From the human T2T-CHM13v2.0 reference genome, Homo sapiens, in NCBI RefSeq assembly GCF_009914755.1, contig NC_060930.1: 64,000 nucleotides of DNA; one strand, given 5' to 3'. Both the position numbers and the translations under genes were made by a program. Below the pieces are notes generated by a model. The model ran no database searches, was not told where the DNA came from, and saw only the letters and a list, made by a program, of their open reading frames with translations. Shown here in pieces: positions 60,358 to 64,000 of the stretch (positions are counted from its first letter, which is position 1; the number at the start of each line of letters is the position of its first letter).

Positions 60358-60600
60358 TATTTAAGATGTACTTTTACAAAGGAACAAAGAAGGGAAAAGG
60401 TATTTTTGTTTTTGTTGTTTGGTCTGTTATCATCAATAACCTGTTCATATGCCAATTCAGAGAGGTGGACTCCAGGTTCAGGAGGGAGAAGAGCAAAGCC
60501 GCTTCCTCTCTGTGCTTTGAAACTTCACACCCTCACGGTGGCAGCTGTGTATGGACCAGTGCCCTCCGCAGACAGCTCACAAAACCAGTTGAGGTGCACT

Positions 60601-60607
60601 AAAGGGA
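60601..60607 (+). promoter_or_regulatory. miR-204/211 seed match AAAGGGA (further copies at 63286-63292 and 63775-63781; AAGGGAA at 60390-60396)
   Basis: Exact seed complements. miR-204/211 are known RUNX2 regulators. Confidence 0.7.
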
Positions 60608-61136
60608 CATGAGGTAGAATGGATGCTTCCATCACAGTACCATCATTCAGAATAACTCTTCCAATTTCTGCTTTCAGACATGCTGCAGGTCCTCATCTGA
60701 ACTGTTGGGTTCGTTTTTTTTTTTTTTTTTCCTGCTCCAAGAAAGTGACTTCAAAAATAACTGATCAGGATAGATTATTTTATTTTACTTTTTAACACTC
60801 CTTCTCCCCTTTTCCCACTGAACCAAAAAGAAATCCCATCCCTAAAACCTGCCTTCTCCTTTTATGCAAAACTGAAAATGGCAATACATTATTATAGCCA
60901 TAATGGTATAGATAGTGATTGCGTTTGGCTATGTGTTGTTTTCTTTTTTTTTAAATTATGAATATGTGTAAAATCTGAGGTAACTTGCTAACGTGAATGG
61001 TCATATAACTTTAAAGATATATTTATAATTATTTAATGACATTTGGACCCTTGAAACATTTCTTAGTGTATTGATATGTTGACTTCGGTCTCTAAAAGTG
61101 CTCTTTATTAAATAACAAATTTCTTCAGTGGTCTAG

Positions 61137-61437
61137 AGCCATATCTGAAATATTGCTAAGCAATTTCAGTTCATCCAGGCACAATGTGATTTTAAAAAAT
61201 ACTTCCATCTCCAAATATTTTAGATATAGATTGTTTTTGTGATGTATGAAGGAAATGTTATGTTTAGTTCTTTCAGATCTTTGAATGCCTCTAACACAGC
61301 TTTGCCTTCTAAAGCGGTAATTAGGGATTTAAAAAACAACCTTTAGCCCTTTATCAGCATGAAATGCTGGAGTGATGTGGTTTTCTAATTTCTTTGGGGT
61401 AATTATGACTCTTGTCATATTAAAAAGACAAGCACAA
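61137..61437 (+). promoter_or_regulatory. miRNA site cluster: miR-135 AGCCATA 61137, miR-23 AATGTGA 61183, miR-205 ATGAAGGA 61246, miR-338-3p ATGCTGGA 61364, miR-218 AAGCACAA 61430
   Basis: Exact 7mer/8mer seed complements read from the sequence. These families are reported RUNX2 regulators. Confidence 0.7.
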
Positions 61438-63469
61438 GTAAATCATTGAACTACAGAAAAATGTTCTGTGGTTTCATAGTTAAGCAAAACTCTAAATCGC
61501 CAGGCTTCATAGCAAAGACATAGTCAGCTAAAAGCCGCACATGTGGATAGAGGGTTCAATTATGAGACACCTAGTACAGGAGAGCAAAATTGCACCAGAG
61601 ATTCTTAACCAACCAGCCTTACCAAACAACACAACAGGGGAACCCCAATCTGCCTTACCCAAGGCCCCACTGGCAGCTTTCCACAGAATTTGCATTTAGA
61701 GGAGCAGAATGACATCACTGTCCTTTGGGAGTAGGTCCTCTGAAAAGGCAGCAGGTTCCAGCAGGTAGCTGAGCTGAGAGGACATATGGCCCACGGGGAC
61801 CTACAGACAGCCTTTGACATTTGTATTTCTTACAATGGAGGGCCAAGGAGGGCAAGGGGCTGTGGAGTTTGGTGTCTACTAGTGTGTATGAATTTGAGCT
61901 AGAGTCCTTCTGTGGCATGCACTTTGACCACTCCTGGCAGTCACATGGCAGATTTCCAAGTGCAAATCCTTAATCCAAACAAGGATCATCTAATGACACC
62001 ACCAGGCCAATCCCTGCTCTCCTCCCCGAAAAGTCAGGGTCCCTTCATTGGAATCCTCCACCCACCCAAGCAGAATTTAGCAGAGATTTGCCTTCAAACC
62101 CTAACGGCCCCCTTGTTCTCTGGTCCTTCTCAAACCCACCTTTGTAGGCCACCCAGCATTGCAGGACAGCGTGTGGGGCAGCTGGACCTGTGCTTCCTGC
62201 CTGGGAGTCTCCCTTGGAATTCATCCTGACTCCTTCTAATAAAAATGGATGGGAAAGCAAAACACTTTGCCTTCTAAAGGCCGTATACCAAGTATGCTTA
62301 GATAAATAAGCCACTTTTCTATTACTTAAGTAAGAAGGAAGTAGTAATTGATACTATTTATTGTTTGTGTGTGGTAGCTTGAAGCACACCACTGTCCATT
62401 TATTTGTAAGTGTAAAATATGTGTGTTTGTTTCAGCAGCACTTAAAAAAGCCAGTGTCTGGTTACACATTTCAATTTTAATTAATTGACATAAAAATGCT
62501 ACCGCCAGTGCCAGCTGCATCCTATTTAATTAAAAAGGTACTATATTTGTACATTATTTTTTAATGTTAAAAGGGCTTTTTTAAGTTTACAGTACACATA
62601 CCGAGTGACTTTAGGGATGCTTTTGTGTTGAAATGTTACTATAGTGGCTGCAGGCAGCAACCCAGAAACACTTTAGAAGCTTTTTTTCCTTGGGAAAAAT
62701 TCAAGCACTTCTTCCCTCCACCCTCACTCCAACCACCCCAATGGGGGTAATTCACATTTCTTAGAACAAATTCTGCCCTTTTTTGGTCTAGGGATTAAAA
62801 TTTTGTTTTTCTTTCTTTCTTTTTTTTTTTTTTTCACTGAACCCTTAATTTGCACTGGGTCATGTGTTTGATTTGTGATTTCAAGACCAAAGCAAAGTCT
62901 TACTACTACTGTGGAACCATGTACTAGTTCCTGGGAATTAAAATAGCGTGGTTCTCTTTGTAGCACAAACATTGCTGGAATTTGCAGTCTTTTCAATGCA
63001 GCCACATTTTTATCCATTTCAGTTGTCTCACAAATTTTAACCCATATCAGAGTTCCAGAACAGGTACCACAGCTTTGGTTTTAGATTAGTGGAATAACAT
63101 TCAGCCCAGAACTGAGAAACTCAACAGATTAACTATCGTTTGCTCTTTAGACGGTCTCACTGCCTCTCACTTGCCAGAGCCCTTTCAAAATGAGCAGAGA
63201 AGTCCACACCATTAGGGACCATCTGTGATAAATTCAGAAGGGAGGAGATGTGTGTACAGCTTTAAGGATTCCCTCAATTCCGAGGAAAGGGACTGGCCCA
63301 GAATCCAGGTTAATACATGGAAACACGAAGCATTAGCAAAAGTAATAATTATACCTATGGTATTTGAAAGAACAATAATAAAAGACACTTCTTCCAAACC
63401 TTGAATTTGTTGTTTTTAGAAAACGAATGCATTTAAAAATATTTTCTATGTGAGAATTTTTTAGATGTG

Positions 63470-63488
63470 TGTTTACTTCATGTTTACA
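63470..63488 (+). promoter_or_regulatory. Tandem miR-30 family sites (TGTTTAC 63470-63476, TGTTTACA 63481-63488)
   Basis: Two exact seed matches whose starts are 11 nt apart. Confidence 0.8.
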
Positions 63489-63872
63489 AATAACTGTTTG
63501 CTTTTTAATGCAGTACTTTGAAATATATCAGCCAAAACCATAACTTACAATAATTTCTTAGGTATTCTGAATAAAATTCCATTTCTTTTGGATATGCTTT
63601 ACCATTCTTAGGTTTCTGTGGAACAAAAATATTTGTAGCATTTTGTGTAAATACAAGCTTTCATTTTTATTTTTTCCAATTGCTATTGCCCAAGAATTGC
63701 TTTCCATGCACATATTGTAAAAATTCCGCTTTGTGCCACAGGTCATGATTGTGGATGAGTTTACTCTTAACTTCAAAGGGACTATTTGTATTGTATGTTG
63801 CAACTGTAAATTGAATTATTTGGCATTTTTCTCATGATTGTAATATTAATTTGAAGTTTGAATTTAATTTTC

Positions 63873-63930
63873 AATAAAATGGCTTTTTTGGTTTTGTTAT
63901 GTGTGTACCTTGGGTCTTTTCTTGTTCACG
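63873..63930 (+). terminator. Distal polyadenylation signal AATAAA (63873-63878) with downstream GU/U-rich element
   Basis: AATAAA is preceded by TGTA motifs and U-rich sequence. About 20 nt downstream comes tgtgtgtaccttgggtctttttcttgtt. Confidence 0.88.
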
Positions 63931-64000
63931 GTTTCTCCCTAGTCTGATGTCTACTCCTGCTTACACCTGGGCACTGTTTGGTCTTAGGACTTGCCAGGGC

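Larger units (their letters stand above)
60123..63899 (+). other. RUNX2: RUNX2 long 3'UTR (~3.8 kb)
   Basis: AT-rich sequence with no recognisable transposon between the stop codon and the distal AATAAA. Dense in miRNA seed matches. The 3' end is estimated from poly(A) signal spacing. Confidence 0.9.

Overview
Mammalian (human-type) genomic DNA containing the 3' half of RUNX2 on the + strand. Four coding exons splice in frame: 4759-4932, 25064-25225, the 66-nt cassette exon 58034-58099, and the last exon 59644-60122, which ends in VWRPY. A ~3.8-kb 3'UTR rich in miRNA seed matches follows, with a poly(A) signal at 63873. The Runt-domain exons lie upstream of the window. The introns (about 20.1, 32.8 and 1.5 kb) hold 13 Alus, L1 3' fragments, a THE1 solo LTR, and L2/MIR/MER5 relics. 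Almost all ORF-track entries are non-coding or Alu-derived. I cannot support a new protein-coding system. The most notable observations are: (i) the RUNX2 cassette exon takes its 3' splice site from an antisense MIR and is followed by a six-run G-quadruplex/G-triplet array; (ii) several fold-back/templated-insertion scars, the clearest being a perfect 24-bp hairpin fused to an exact 68-bp copy of sequence 867 bp downstream; (iii) an orientation-switched Alu array centred on a closely spaced inverted pair. Repeat boundaries and subfamily calls were made by eye and are approximate.
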